From Candidatus Saccharibacteria bacterium UBA4387 (GTDB lineage: Bacteria > Patescibacteriota > Saccharimonadia > Saccharimonadales > Saccharimonadaceae), in contig DGRN01000010.1 in the NCBI GenBank assembly GCA_002391075.1, positions 20,738 through 84,737 on the forward strand: a DNA stretch of 64,000 nucleotides. The letters run 5' to 3'. Positions within the stretch are counted from its first letter, which is position 1; every line of letters starts with the position of its first letter. The notes below the pieces were generated by a model. That model was not told the origin of the DNA and ran no database searches. It saw only the letters and a program-made list of their open reading frames with translations. Both the position numbers and the translations under genes were made by a program. This document shows, piece by piece, positions 1 to 11,700 of this stretch.

Positions 1-2
1 TT

Positions 3-707
3 AACATTTCTGGCAAAGCCCCATCCGGCCGTACCAACCCAATCGACACTATCTATGTCTGGGAAAATAACGAATTCTATTACTACGACAACGGCGAAAA
101 ACGCCCGCTCAGCGACTTCACCAAAGCCGCCGCTGCTGGCGAATTCACCCTCGACGGTTTCTACACCGACGCAGCCAGAACCAAAAAACTCGACCTCAGT
201 CAAAAACCAGAAAGCGACCTCACTCTCTACGCCGCTTGGACTCGCACCGTCACCTTCGACGAGCGCTATCTCTGCAACTACAACGGCAATATCATTACCT
301 GCGAAGACAACAACACCCCGTCCGTCACCGCCGAAGAAAGCACCGAACTTCAACCATTCTTCCCAGAAGATTTCGCTCCATCTGAAACCCCAGGCGAATG
401 GACCATCGAAGGCGACGCCGCCACCATTGACCAAAACGGCAAACTCACTGCCCTCCAGGCCGGCGAAGTCTACGCAGTCTATCGCACCACCGACGCCGAC
501 GGCACCACCACCTACGAATACCGCGTTAAAATCACAATCACCGAAAAACCCGAAACCCCACAAGAATCCGGCAGCTCCGACAGCGCATCGCCAGAATCGC
601 CGAAAAACCCAAACACTCTCGACAGCCTCAGTACTATTCTCCTCATTTCCGGCACCTCCGCCGCCGTTCTCGGCCTCTGTATTATCTACAGGCGCCACAT
701 CCACTAA
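3..707 (+). CDS. C-terminal part of a cell-surface protein (5' end outside window): Listeria-Bacteroides-type repeat, Ig-like segment, C-terminal sorting signal
   Basis: Frame 3 is open from the window edge to TAA 705-707 (hand translation). It is absent from the ORF track because it has no start. FTLDGFYTDAARTKKLDLSQKPESDLTLYAAWT fits the G-x-F-x-G-[WF]-Y-T-D...LYA-x-W repeat. GDAATIDQNGKLTALQAGEVYAVY is Big_2-like. The protein ends KNPNTLDS + LSTILLISGTSAAVLGLCIIY + RRHIH. Track ORF 55..774 is a different, low-complexity frame. Confidence 0.8.
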   Translation, partial: NISGKAPSGRTNPIDTIYVWENNEFYYYDNGEKRPLSDFTKAAAAGEFTLDGFYTDAARTKKLDLSQKPESDLTLYAAWTRTVTFDERYLCNYNGNIITCEDNNTPSVTAEESTELQPFFPEDFAPSETPGEWTIEGDAATIDQNGKLTALQAGEVYAVYRTTDADGTTTYEYRVKITITEKPETPQESGSSDSASPESPKNPNTLDSLSTILLISGTSAAVLGLCIIYRRHIH

Positions 708-718
708 TCTGCCACACG

Positions 719-744
719 CCGCCCTCCCCGCGAGGGCGGTTTTT
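719..744 (+). terminator. Rho-independent terminator
   Basis: CCGCCCTC-cccgc-GAGGGCGG hairpin followed by TTTTT, directly after the stop at 707. Confidence 0.75.
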
Positions 745-751
745 CTATCTA

Positions 752-780
752 TTGACTTTTCCCAAAATGTATGATACAAT
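752..780 (+). promoter_or_regulatory. Sigma70-type promoter
   Basis: TTGACT (752-757), 17-nt spacer, TGaTACAAT (772-780). Lies upstream of the SD-led CDS at 855. Confidence 0.6.
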
Positions 781-854
781 AAATAAATGCACCTGCTTTT
801 CTGGTGCTCTGCACCTTAAAACAGGAAAATCTATCATACCAGGAGGTAATCCCT

Positions 855-1316
855 ATGGACAATCGCAACAGCAACCACCAGACCGTCATCGACCAGGACG
901 GATTCCCTTACGAATTCCGCCCCGAAGCCTGCAACTTCCGCGGCGAAAGCCTCGGCAGCGCAGTCGAACCCGAGCATGCCAAACTCGAGCGCCCCGAATC
1001 CGATTTCTATGTCAGAATGGCTCTCGACCGCGGCAGCGAGCACGAACAGGCCGTCCGTTATCATCTGGAGCAGTTGCTCCAACGCTTCACCGGTCGCGTC
1101 ACCGACGAAACCGGCAAAAGCCGCCCCGCCGTTGAGTTTACAGTTCGACACGCCATCTTGCGGCGCCCCCAGCAGTCCAAAGTCGAATCCCGCGGCAGCG
1201 CCGGCGGTCGCCTGATCGAATACATCTTCAGGTACAACAACGACGGCCTTGCCAAAGCCCGCCGCATCCTCTGCGGCATCCACAACACACCCGGCCTCAG
1301 CGCCGAATTCATCTAA
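855..1316 (+). CDS. Hypothetical protein (153 aa)
   Basis: ATG at 855 is 8 nt after AGGAGG (841-846). The track ORF starts earlier at GTG 804. Flanked by the promoter at 752 and the terminator at 1366. No family recognised. More CAG/GAG/CTG codons than neighbouring + strand genes. Confidence 0.6.
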   Translation: MDNRNSNHQTVIDQDGFPYEFRPEACNFRGESLGSAVEPEHAKLERPESDFYVRMALDRGSEHEQAVRYHLEQLLQRFTGRVTDETGKSRPAVEFTVRHAILRRPQQSKVESRGSAGGRLIEYIFRYNNDGLAKARRILCGIHNTPGLSAEFI

Positions 1317-1365
1317 TCAACACCGTGTTCTGCTATCCCGTCTGATTTTCCTTGTTTTTATTTTC

Positions 1366-1391
1366 GCCCCGTCTCCACGGGGCATTTTTCT
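1366..1391 (+). terminator. Rho-independent terminator
   Basis: GCCCCG-tctcca-CGGGGC followed by ATTTTTCTTTT. Confidence 0.7.
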
Positions 1392-1406
1392 TTTCACACA
1401 AATTAT

Positions 1407-1414
1407 TGTATAAT
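1407..1414 (+). promoter_or_regulatory. Extended -10 element, leaderless queA
   Basis: TGTATAAT ends 7 nt before the queA ATG (1422). No SD is possible in that space. Confidence 0.55.
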
Positions 1415-1421
1415 ATCAAAC

Positions 1422-2444
1422 ATGCTAGTCTCAGACTTTTCTTACAATCTACCCGACGAAAACATCGCCAGCGAACCGCCAAAAATCCGCGGCACCACTC
1501 GCCTGCTCGCCCTAAATCGCCAAACCGGCGCCATCACCGACAGCAAATACGCCCAGCTCGCCGACTTTCTCGAACCAGGCGATCTCATTATCCTCAACGA
1601 CACTCGCGTCATGCGCAGTCGCGTCTTCACGGAATTGCCTGACGGCCGCCCGCGCGAACTCGTCGTCCTCGAACGCCACGATTTCGAACTCGACCACGTC
1701 ATGTACCGCGGCAAGCTACACGACGGCGACCTACTCACTGTCATCAATCACGAAACCGGCGAAAAGACCAACACCGTCATCAAAATCCAAAAAATCCTCG
1801 GCAACGGCATCGCTATCACCGCCTGCGAAACCCCACTCGACCAAGTCGCCGAACAATTCGGCAACGTTCCGCTCCCGCCATACATGCATCGCGACGCCAC
1901 CAAAGCCGACATCGAACGCTACCAAACCGTCTGGGCCAAAGAAAACGGCTCCGCCGCCGCTCCAACCGCCAGCCTCAACATGACCGCCGACCTCATCAAA
2001 AAACTCCAAGCCAAAGGCATCCAAGTTCAATATCTCACCCTACACGTCGGCCTCGGTACCTTCCTCCCGATCCGCAGCGACAACGTCGAAGAGCACCACA
2101 TGCACTCCGAATGGTTCCACATCCCAGCCGAAACTATCACCGCCATCGAGCAAACCAAAGCCGCCGGCCACCACGTCATCGCCGTCGGCACCACCGTCAC
2201 GCGCACTCTCGAATTCTGGGGCAAAACCGGCAAAACCGAAGGCGAAGACGACATTTTTATTTATCCAGGCTTCCAATTCCAAGTCATCGACGCTCTCGTC
2301 ACTAACTTCCACGCCCCAAAATCCACCGTCCTCATGCTCACTGCCGCCTTCGCCGGCTGGAAAAACCTCAAACCCGCCTACGACCACGCTGTCGCAACCG
2401 GCTACAAACTCCTCAGCTACGGCGACTCCATGTTTATCTATTAG
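1422..2444 (+). CDS. queA: S-adenosylmethionine:tRNA ribosyltransferase-isomerase
   Basis: 340 aa. The N-terminus MLVSDFSYNLPDENIASEPP, PLPPYM and a full-length match to my memory of the QueA family. Located beside tgt. Confidence 0.9.
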   Translation: MLVSDFSYNLPDENIASEPPKIRGTTRLLALNRQTGAITDSKYAQLADFLEPGDLIILNDTRVMRSRVFTELPDGRPRELVVLERHDFELDHVMYRGKLHDGDLLTVINHETGEKTNTVIKIQKILGNGIAITACETPLDQVAEQFGNVPLPPYMHRDATKADIERYQTVWAKENGSAAAPTASLNMTADLIKKLQAKGIQVQYLTLHVGLGTFLPIRSDNVEEHHMHSEWFHIPAETITAIEQTKAAGHHVIAVGTTVTRTLEFWGKTGKTEGEDDIFIYPGFQFQVIDALVTNFHAPKSTVLMLTAAFAGWKNLKPAYDHAVATGYKLLSYGDSMFIY

Positions 2445-2461
2445 CCAAAAACCCAAGAAAA

Positions 2462-2484
2462 ACCCGCCCCATTACAGGGCGGGT
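2462..2484. terminator. Bidirectional terminator between convergent genes
   Basis: ACCCGCCC-cattaca-GGGCGGGT, with an A-run upstream and a T-rich tract downstream. Confidence 0.6.
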
Positions 2485-2496
2485 ATTTGAGCGGAG

Positions 2497-2868
2497 TCAG
2501 GTTCTAGCGCAATTCGCGCAATTTCCGCTGCCGAGCAGTGCAGCCTGCGGGCATTCGTCACATCTTCCCGCATAGCGCGGCACGCCATACATGGCAGCCA
2601 GCTTATCCCGATACTCCTCAGCCTCTTTCTTTGCCGCTTCCAGCCGTTCCATGACGCCGTCTCGCAGATTTGCTTTCTGCTCATCGGTCAGAGGCTGCAG
2701 AAATTCTTCCACGTTTGCGATAATCGTCGCATAGTGGCGCTCGATCGCCTTCGTGTTATCGCCGCCGAAGCAGTAGCCGGCAGTCAACAGCGAAGTGATA
2801 TTCGAGATTCTTTCTTCATCGGTCCTAGGATCCAAGACCTGATTCCTCAAATTGTCCACAAAGTTCAT
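2497..2868 (-). CDS. Hypothetical small protein with C-terminal CxxC...CxxC pair (123 aa)
   Basis: ATG 2868 is preceded by AAGGAGG (reverse complement of 2874-2880). The track ORF extends to 2925. The C-terminus is RCDECPQAALLGSGNCANCART. Encoded antisense between queA and tgt. Confidence 0.55.
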   Translation of the reverse strand: MNFVDNLRNQVLDPRTDEERISNITSLLTAGYCFGGDNTKAIERHYATIIANVEEFLQPLTDEQKANLRDGVMERLEAAKKEAEEYRDKLAAMYGVPRYAGRCDECPQAALLGSGNCANCART

Positions 2869-2989
2869 ACAGAACCCCTCCTTTAGTCGTGAACGGATAA
2901 GATGTGCGACGCGCAAGCTGCGCATACCTTTCTATTATATCACAGATTACCAGAAAAGTCAATCCAACCCCATCGACAACAAGCTATGA

Positions 2990-4132
<1,143 letters not shown>

Positions 4133-4181
4133 CCAGGATAACAGCTCCTCTCTCAGAGAGGGGCTTTCTCCTCCTCAATTG

Positions 4182-4190
4182 TGCTATACT
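4182..4190 (+). promoter_or_regulatory. Extended -10 element, leaderless transporter gene
   Basis: TGCTATACT ends 6 nt before ATG 4197. Confidence 0.5.
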
Positions 4191-4196
4191 AAAACC

Positions 4197-5432
4197 ATGA
4201 GCACCGTAAATCACAAAATCGAAGTCGACACCAAAACTTTTATCCGTTTCTGGCTAGTAATCCTAGGTTTTGCTGCCGCCGGCTTCATCTTCTTTAAGGC
4301 TATGACCGGCCTCTTCATTCTCGGCGCCGCCCTCTTTCTCGCCATCGCGCTCTCGCCACTCGTCAACAAACTCGCCGACATCATCCCGGGCGAAAGCCGC
4401 AAACTGCCCATCGCTCTCTCCTATCTCATCGTTGTCGGTTTTCTCGTCGCCTTTGTCGCCATAGTCGCGCCAGTCGTCGTCGACCAATCCATCAAATTCG
4501 CCAAAAACCTGCCCACCATCGTCAACAACACCCCTCTAAACAGCGCCGCCCTCAACGACTTCGGCCAAAACCTCGGCATCCACGATCTCCGCGGCCAAAT
4601 CGTCAATTCTATCCAAAAATACTCCACCGAGTTCGCCAATAACCTCGGCAATCACCTCATGACTTCCATCGGCGCATTCGGCGACTTCATCTCCAAACTC
4701 ATCCTCATTCTTGTCCTCGCGCTCTTCATCCTCATTGAAGGTCCCGACATCCTCCACCAGTTCTGGAGCAACTTCCGCACTAATAACCGCGTCATGCGCG
4801 CCAAACACATTTTCGAACGCATGAGCAAAGTCATCACCAAATACGTCTCCAACGCCATCATGGTCGCACTCATTAATGCATCCGCCACCGCCTGTACGGT
4901 CTTCATTCTGTCGCTCATCTTCAAATTCTCCGCCGACCTCGCTCTGCCTTTCGGCCTTATCACTGGCGCCTTCAGCCTTATCCCAATGTTCGGCTCCATC
5001 ATCGGCGGCGCACTTGTCGCTGTCCTGCTCGCCTTCAACACCATTCCCGCCGGCATCGCCTTCTTCGTATACACTATCATTTATTTGCAAATCGAATCCA
5101 ACTTCATTTCGCCCAAAATCCAAGGCAAAGGCCTCCAGCTGCCCGCTCTCGTCATTCTTTCTTCCGTCACTCTCGGCGTCTATACTTTCGGCCTAGTCGG
5201 CGCCATCATTTCCATTCCTATCGCCGGCTGCATCAAAGTCCTACTCGAAGAATACGGCGACGGCTTCCTTCCGACCGAACACAAAAAACGCACCCGCCGC
5301 AAAGTCCAGTACTTCCTGCCCATCCATCGCCAAACCACCGCCAAAGACATCCAAACCAGCACCGACCAGCTCAACGAAGCCGTTCAATACATGACCACCA
5401 CTCCATCAGACCCCACCAAGCCCAAAAAATAA
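4197..5432 (+). CDS. AI-2E family (PerM/YhhT-like) membrane transporter
   Basis: Start re-picked at MSTVNHKIEV. Track ORF 3852.. overlaps tgt in another frame. Multiple TM helices and a typical AI-2E layout, including GLITGAFSLIPMFGSIIG. Confidence 0.8.
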   Translation: MSTVNHKIEVDTKTFIRFWLVILGFAAAGFIFFKAMTGLFILGAALFLAIALSPLVNKLADIIPGESRKLPIALSYLIVVGFLVAFVAIVAPVVVDQSIKFAKNLPTIVNNTPLNSAALNDFGQNLGIHDLRGQIVNSIQKYSTEFANNLGNHLMTSIGAFGDFISKLILILVLALFILIEGPDILHQFWSNFRTNNRVMRAKHIFERMSKVITKYVSNAIMVALINASATACTVFILSLIFKFSADLALPFGLITGAFSLIPMFGSIIGGALVAVLLAFNTIPAGIAFFVYTIIYLQIESNFISPKIQGKGLQLPALVILSSVTLGVYTFGLVGAIISIPIAGCIKVLLEEYGDGFLPTEHKKRTRRKVQYFLPIHRQTTAKDIQTSTDQLNEAVQYMTTTPSDPTKPKK

Positions 5433-5468
5433 ACCCCATCGTTCAAACATAACTTCGCAGCCTATTTA

Positions 5469-5493
5469 CCCCGCGCCAAGGCGGGGATTTTTC
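5469..5493 (+). terminator. Rho-independent terminator
   Basis: CCCCGC-gccaag-GCGGGG followed by ATTTTTC. Confidence 0.7.
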
Positions 5494-5620
5494 TCACCGC
5501 ACACAGCGCGCAAACTACACCACCATCTCCGTCATCACATAGCCAATCTACAAAACCGACCAGCAAACCATAGCCACCAAGTCAGCGAGTCAGCCCTCTC
5601 AACCAAACCACCAAAACCAA

Positions 5621-5692
5621 CGAACATCAACACTCAGTCGTCAGTTCGCAGCACGAACACCAAAACTCAGCCGTCAGCTCGCAGCACGAACG
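5621..5692. repeat. 33-bp tandem repeat, about 2.2 copies, in a non-coding tract
   Basis: cgaacatcaacactcagtcgtcagttcgcagca / cgaacaccaaaactcagccgtcagctcgcagca / cgaacg... Confidence 0.8.
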
Positions 5693-5777
5693 CCCATCGC
5701 CCCATCCGACACCGACATCGCCGCGCACAAAAAGACACCCGCCATCACATAGCAGGTGTCTCGTTATTGACCGCAAT

Positions 5778-8700
5778 CTAGCGGCGGCGGCGCCTTGCCA
5801 GGAACATCATCATTCCAAAGCCTAGCACGCCCGCTCCGGCCAAGCCAGCAATCTTACCAACAATGCCGTCTGCCGTATTTGGCACCTCAGGATCCGGAAT
5901 AATCTCGTGAATGAACGTAAATGTCATTGTTTCAGGATCAAATTCCACCACCGTCGTATAGCCATCAACGTCTTTTGCCAAGACCACGCGGTAATTATCC
6001 TTCAGATATTCGAACAAAGGCGCAAAGTCAAACTTCTCCGTTTCGTTCTCCGTCGTGATGCGATTTCCGCGCTCTTTCTCGCCGTCAAGCAACAGCTCGA
6101 AATCCAGTGAACCAGGGCGCCTACCAAGCTCATCGTTATTATCCTTCCAGATATTCACCACATGAATCGTGATATTGCGCAAAACGCTCGTAAAGGTAAA
6201 CGTATGCGTTTCTTCGTCATACTCAACCGTGGTCGTATACGGATCAATCTCATCCATCTTGACATTGAACTCGTCAATAATCGCAGACGGAACCTCGATA
6301 AACTCAAACTCTTCCGGATCTTCATCGGAGCTTAGCTCGTGCGTTGCCTCTACGAGACCGCCGTCTTCACAGACAACCACATCGCCTTCTGGTTCTTCGC
6401 CATCTTCAGCATCGGAACCGTCAGCATTGCCTGCATCGGAGCCATCGCCGCCATCGGCGCCAGTCGCATCGCCGTCAGAACCATCAGAGCCGTCAGCACC
6501 AGTTACATCGCCGTCTGAACCGTCATCGCCGTCCGTCGCCTCGCAAGCTTCACCTTCGCATTCTTCTTCGGTTTCTTCTTCCGCCTCTGCGCATTCTTCG
6601 CGATCAGTCCAGATTAACTTATAATCCGTCTTCTCTGGGCGCACACCCAAAACATCGTCATCATCGTCCCAAACGTGCACCACCTTAATCGTTTCGACGT
6701 CCAACTTGCTCGTAAAGGTATACGTCACCGAGCCGTCATCTTCGTCAGTCACTTCGACCGTCGTCGTGTAGTGCGGCACGTCGATCATCGGCACGTCATA
6801 GTCTTCTTTATCCGGTCTGTGCAAGTTGATATAATCAGTTGCGCTCTCGCCATCGCGGATATTCAGACTCTTCGTATCAACCTCGTCATCCTTCTTCATC
6901 AGCGTATAGCTTGTGATGTCTGGGCGCAATCCGTAATGGTTATCGTAATCTTCCCAAACTTGCTTTACGTGAATATCCAAATCGTCGACCAGCGTACTTG
7001 TGTAGATATACGTTTTCGACGAAGGCTCATATCGCAGCGTCGTTTCATAATGCTCGATATCGAGATTCTCCATCGAGAAATTAGCTTCTTTTCGCCTATC
7101 AAGGTTCAAGAACGCATCATTAAATTCCGTCACACTGCCGTCATCGCCAAAGTCAATCGTCTTTTTCAAGTCATTTCCGCCAGAATTCTTCAGTGTGTAC
7201 GTCTGCGAATCCGGTCGTAAGCCACGCGAGTCATTATCATCGATCCAGATATGCTTCACTCTGATATCCAAATCGTCAACCAGTGTACTCGTGTAAATAT
7301 ACGTTTTCGTCGAAGGCTCATATCGCAACGTCGTTTCATAATGATTAATGTTCAAGTCTTGCATAGAATAATCAGCTTCCCTCAACCTGTTCAAGTTCTT
7401 GAACTCTTCATTAAACTCGGTCACAGTACCATCAGTACCAAAGTTAATTGTCTTGTACTGATTACTCCCATTAGCGTCATACAGAGTATATCTTTGTGAA
7501 GATGGCCTAAACTTACGTGAATTATTGTCGTCAATCCAGATATGCTTCACCTTGATATCCAAATCATCAATCAGTGTGCTCGTGTAAATGAAGGTGCGCG
7601 TCCTTTCGTCGTAAGACAAAACCGTCTGATAATGATTAATGTTTTTATCGTCCATATAATACTTATCAGAATTGAGCAACGGCAAATTAGAATACGTCTC
7701 GCTAAACTCAGTCACAGTACCATCAGTACCAAAGTTAATCGTTTTACTCTGGCTACTCGAACCCGTCTTCTTCAAAGTATATTGCTGCGAAGATGGCCTA
7801 AACTTACGCACATTATTCGCATCAATCCAAATATGCTTAACTTTGATATCAATTCTATCGCTCAATGTACTCGTAAATGTATACGTATGGTTGTTATCCG
7901 ACTTGGTTAATACCGTCGAATAATGCGTAATCGGATTCGGCGTCATCGTCACGTTGAAATCGCCGAACATATACTTCGGGAATTCCGCATACTCATATTC
8001 CTGCGAATTCACAGTCTTGTCGATGGTCATATTATACTTTTCAGCCGACGTCGTCTGCTTCATCAAATCAAATGCCAAAGTATTCGGGCGCGTATTGTAC
8101 TTGTTGTCGTTATCGATCCAAACTTTTCGCACCTTAATCTTATCAGTCGCTAATTCGCTCTTGAAGGTATAGGTAATCAAGTCCTGCTCTTCAACCCTGC
8201 TTACCAACTGAGTATTGTAACTACTTCTGCCATCGGCCGTCGCAATCCTAGATATAACCACATCATAGTCATCTTTGTAATACTCATGCAAATCCACATA
8301 CTCAATCGTCTGCGTATTGCCAGAAGTCGCCGAAATCACCTTCGTGCCATCAATCACCGACGTACCCTTCTTCAACTGTGGCGTCACGGTTGCTGGTCGC
8401 GTACTGAACTTATTATCAAGATCGACCCACTGCTTAATTACGCGAATCTTGAGCGGATGATCAATCGCCACCCTGGTCGTATTCGAACGCACACCGATGA
8501 CACCAGGAAGCGGCGCACCAGTATCCGCATCAAAACCATTCCACTCGCTACGGAACGCGCTATACGCGAAGGTTCCACGGCCACCGGTCGTCGGCGCCTT
8601 CATCTTTATAATCGTATAGATATAATCGTTCGTATTCAAAGTAGCTTTGCCGCCATCCGTCGTCAAATATTCAAAGGCAAGCGACTTTACCTGGCTCTTA

Positions 8701-11700
8701 TTCGTGGTGCCCTCAATATACTCCCTCCAAGAATTATCACTACCAAGCGAACCAGCATTGTTCTTTGTCGAATAATAAACTTTTACCTTAATATTCTTGC
8801 CATTATAATCCTTGCGGCCGTTCGCATAAGTCAAATCCACACCGTCAAAAGTACCTTGCCAGTGATCATTATCCTCGTAGGCCATTTCAATATTGCTGTA
8901 AGTCACAATATTCGTCGCGCGGCTCATACCAGTTCGCGCCGTCAACTTATACTCGTAGTTTCCGCCAGCCGTCACATATGAATCATTCGTCGTAAAATCT
9001 ACCGTCTGATCAGTGTCGACCATTTCTTTCAACGACTGCTCCGCCGCCTGCGCCATCAAAGGAGTGATATCCATCGCCTCCCAGTCTTGCGCCTCAGTCG
9101 TGTCGCCATTATCGTTATAATCATCAGTATCTTTATATCCGCAGTTACCGCCTTCTATATAGCAGCTAGGATTCCTCAATACCTGATACGTCCGGAATTG
9201 GTACGTAGCGTCAGGGTTTTCGACGTATTTCTCGTAAGGAATTTTATATTTGATAAAAAACCTAAACTCATCACTACGATAACGGTCATGTTGATTTAAT
9301 CTAGTATAAGGCTTTTCCGAAAAATCAACCTCAATCTGTACCCAATCCTGCCCTGTATTATGCCAGTTCTTTACGATTTTCACCGTAGCGTGATTCTTAA
9401 TAAATTCTTCAGCCTCATCACCACTGCTGAACAAATGTTCGCCATTCTTATCAAAAGCTTGTTCAGTCCAGTACGTCGACCAGTTCACATCTATCGAATC
9501 AAATATTTCCTCTTTCGTCGATAAAAGCGTTACGCCTTTTGGCATCATGAATTCACCATAAATACGAGATATAAAATCTTCATCCTTCATCTGCGCCGTA
9601 AATAACTTCGGATTTTTTTCACCATCCGTCGAGTATTCTATCGTAAGCAAAGTAGCTTCTGCTACGCCCACAAAACCATCCGACGAATTATCAAAAACCG
9701 GCTTACTGTAGTTATATATACTTGGATCCGGCTTACGTATAATATTCCCAAGCACATAGCCTTCCCACTCTTTCTCCGCAACCCAACGCTGCTGATAGTG
9801 ACCGTAAGTCGCCAAATCGTATGGTGCAATCTTATCTCTAGTAACACCCTCGGCGTAACTCTCCAACTCAGGAACATTCACTATCACGCCATTACGATCC
9901 ATTTCAGTATAGCTAAAGTTATAAACCTTACCGTTTTCAGGCAAATTTTGAGACTTCAAGGTAACGGTTGTTTTGAGCGTATAATCCTTTATGTCTCTAT
10001 CCATGCCTTTAATTACAACTCGCCAACCGACAACATTACCCTTAAGTTCATCGCTTTTAGTAAAACTCCAAACATCCGACCAGCAAGCAGAGCTGTAATA
10101 ATCATCTAGATCCAATCGCTTATATTCGTTCTCTCCTCTTAAGCGATAATACACTTCAGCACTATAAGTATTAACCGAATTCTCACGACAATAGAACAAC
10201 GCGCCGTTAGCGCCAACCATATGATTAGGCGATGTTATTCTATCAAAGTAGTAATCGTCCTCATTCAATTTCTTTTTTACGCCATCTGTTATATCTTCGT
10301 AATACAATATATCATCACCGATAACCAAATCATATTTCTCGCCGTTCGTATTCATTACTTGCGAGCTAATATCAAATAAAACCGACCCACCACTATCACT
10401 TTTGATGGCCCCACCATTTATTACTGGCGTGCTAGTATCAACTTTCTTAAATACACCAACGTCATTGCCCTTATACTCGAGCTTAAAGTTACTCAGGTCA
10501 ACTGTCGCAACGTTTTCAGCTAGTTCCGACTCATTCGTCTCCCTAAAATACACGCCCCTAGAATACACGGTATCTTTTACCTCGTTTTTGCCAAGAGATT
10601 CATTGTATTTATTCTTTGGGTAACCCACAAATATCTCTCTACACGTCCAATAAGCAGTCATACAGACATCGCTCGTATTACCAGATATATATCCAGCATC
10701 CGACACGATATAATACCCATTCGCATCTCTAGACATCTGATTTTTATTGGCATCCAAAACCTTCACGTCAGGGCTAAGCGCATCACGCCAATACCAACTC
10801 TTCACAGGAATCTTCTGGTAGTCTCGATAATTACTATACTCACTATATGTCGACGTCTCCGGGTTATAATTATTCGGCATATAATTGACAAAAGTGTCCC
10901 TGCTATCACCGTAATATACATAGTGAACCCATGTATAGTTATCTGCATCACTCCCCAAGCCCTCATATGAATTTATCTTTTTAGGACTTACATACACCGA
11001 ATACCTGTCTTTGGTCCATTCAAAATTATAGCTACGATTATAGTGTACGGTAGCGTTATCGCTACTCTCTATCGAATCATTTAGTGTCGCGCCAACACTT
11101 TTGTCATAAGTAAAATTAGCATTTTCCAAGAAGAATGGCGGATACAAACTGTTCTTTTCGTAACTCTTAACCCTATATGCTAGCTGGATCGCACCATCTA
11201 CGCTCATACCCGCCGGAATCGTATTCCTGTTCCAAAAATAACAAGTCGGCGCCTGACTACCATTGACAATGTCAGTCACTCCTGACTCGCATTTATATTC
11301 CCAATCTTTCGGGTTTTCCGAAGGAGTAGCACCTTTCTTCTCTGCCGCATAAGCAGTACTCACCACGGACAAACTATTCAGATACTTATCGCCAAAAACT
11401 TCATCAGTAAACTTCGTACCGTATAATTCATTTGAATTTCCACTAAACGGTTCTTTGACTGTGATTTTCAAATCACCAGGAGCATAATCTTTATCGACCA
11501 CCTCAGCCTTATAATTTACTTGGAGGGTAAATGTCCTTTCTTGTGCAGAAGTTGTGTCAGCGTCAATACTCCAAGTCTCGCTCTTAGAAGTATTTCCTTC
11601 CAAATCCACCCAGCTCGTTGACAGCTTCCATACATCAGGGCTCACCTCAGCTTCGGCATGAGTTTCGTTTTTTGCATTAATAATCGCAACCGCGCTCACG

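Noticed and set aside
55-774. A 239-aa ORF at the window start, listed in the track.
   Set aside because: The Pro/Thr/Ser/Ala low-complexity translation comes from the wrong frame. Frame 3 (3..707) gives a coherent repeat-domain protein with a sorting signal and is followed by a terminator.
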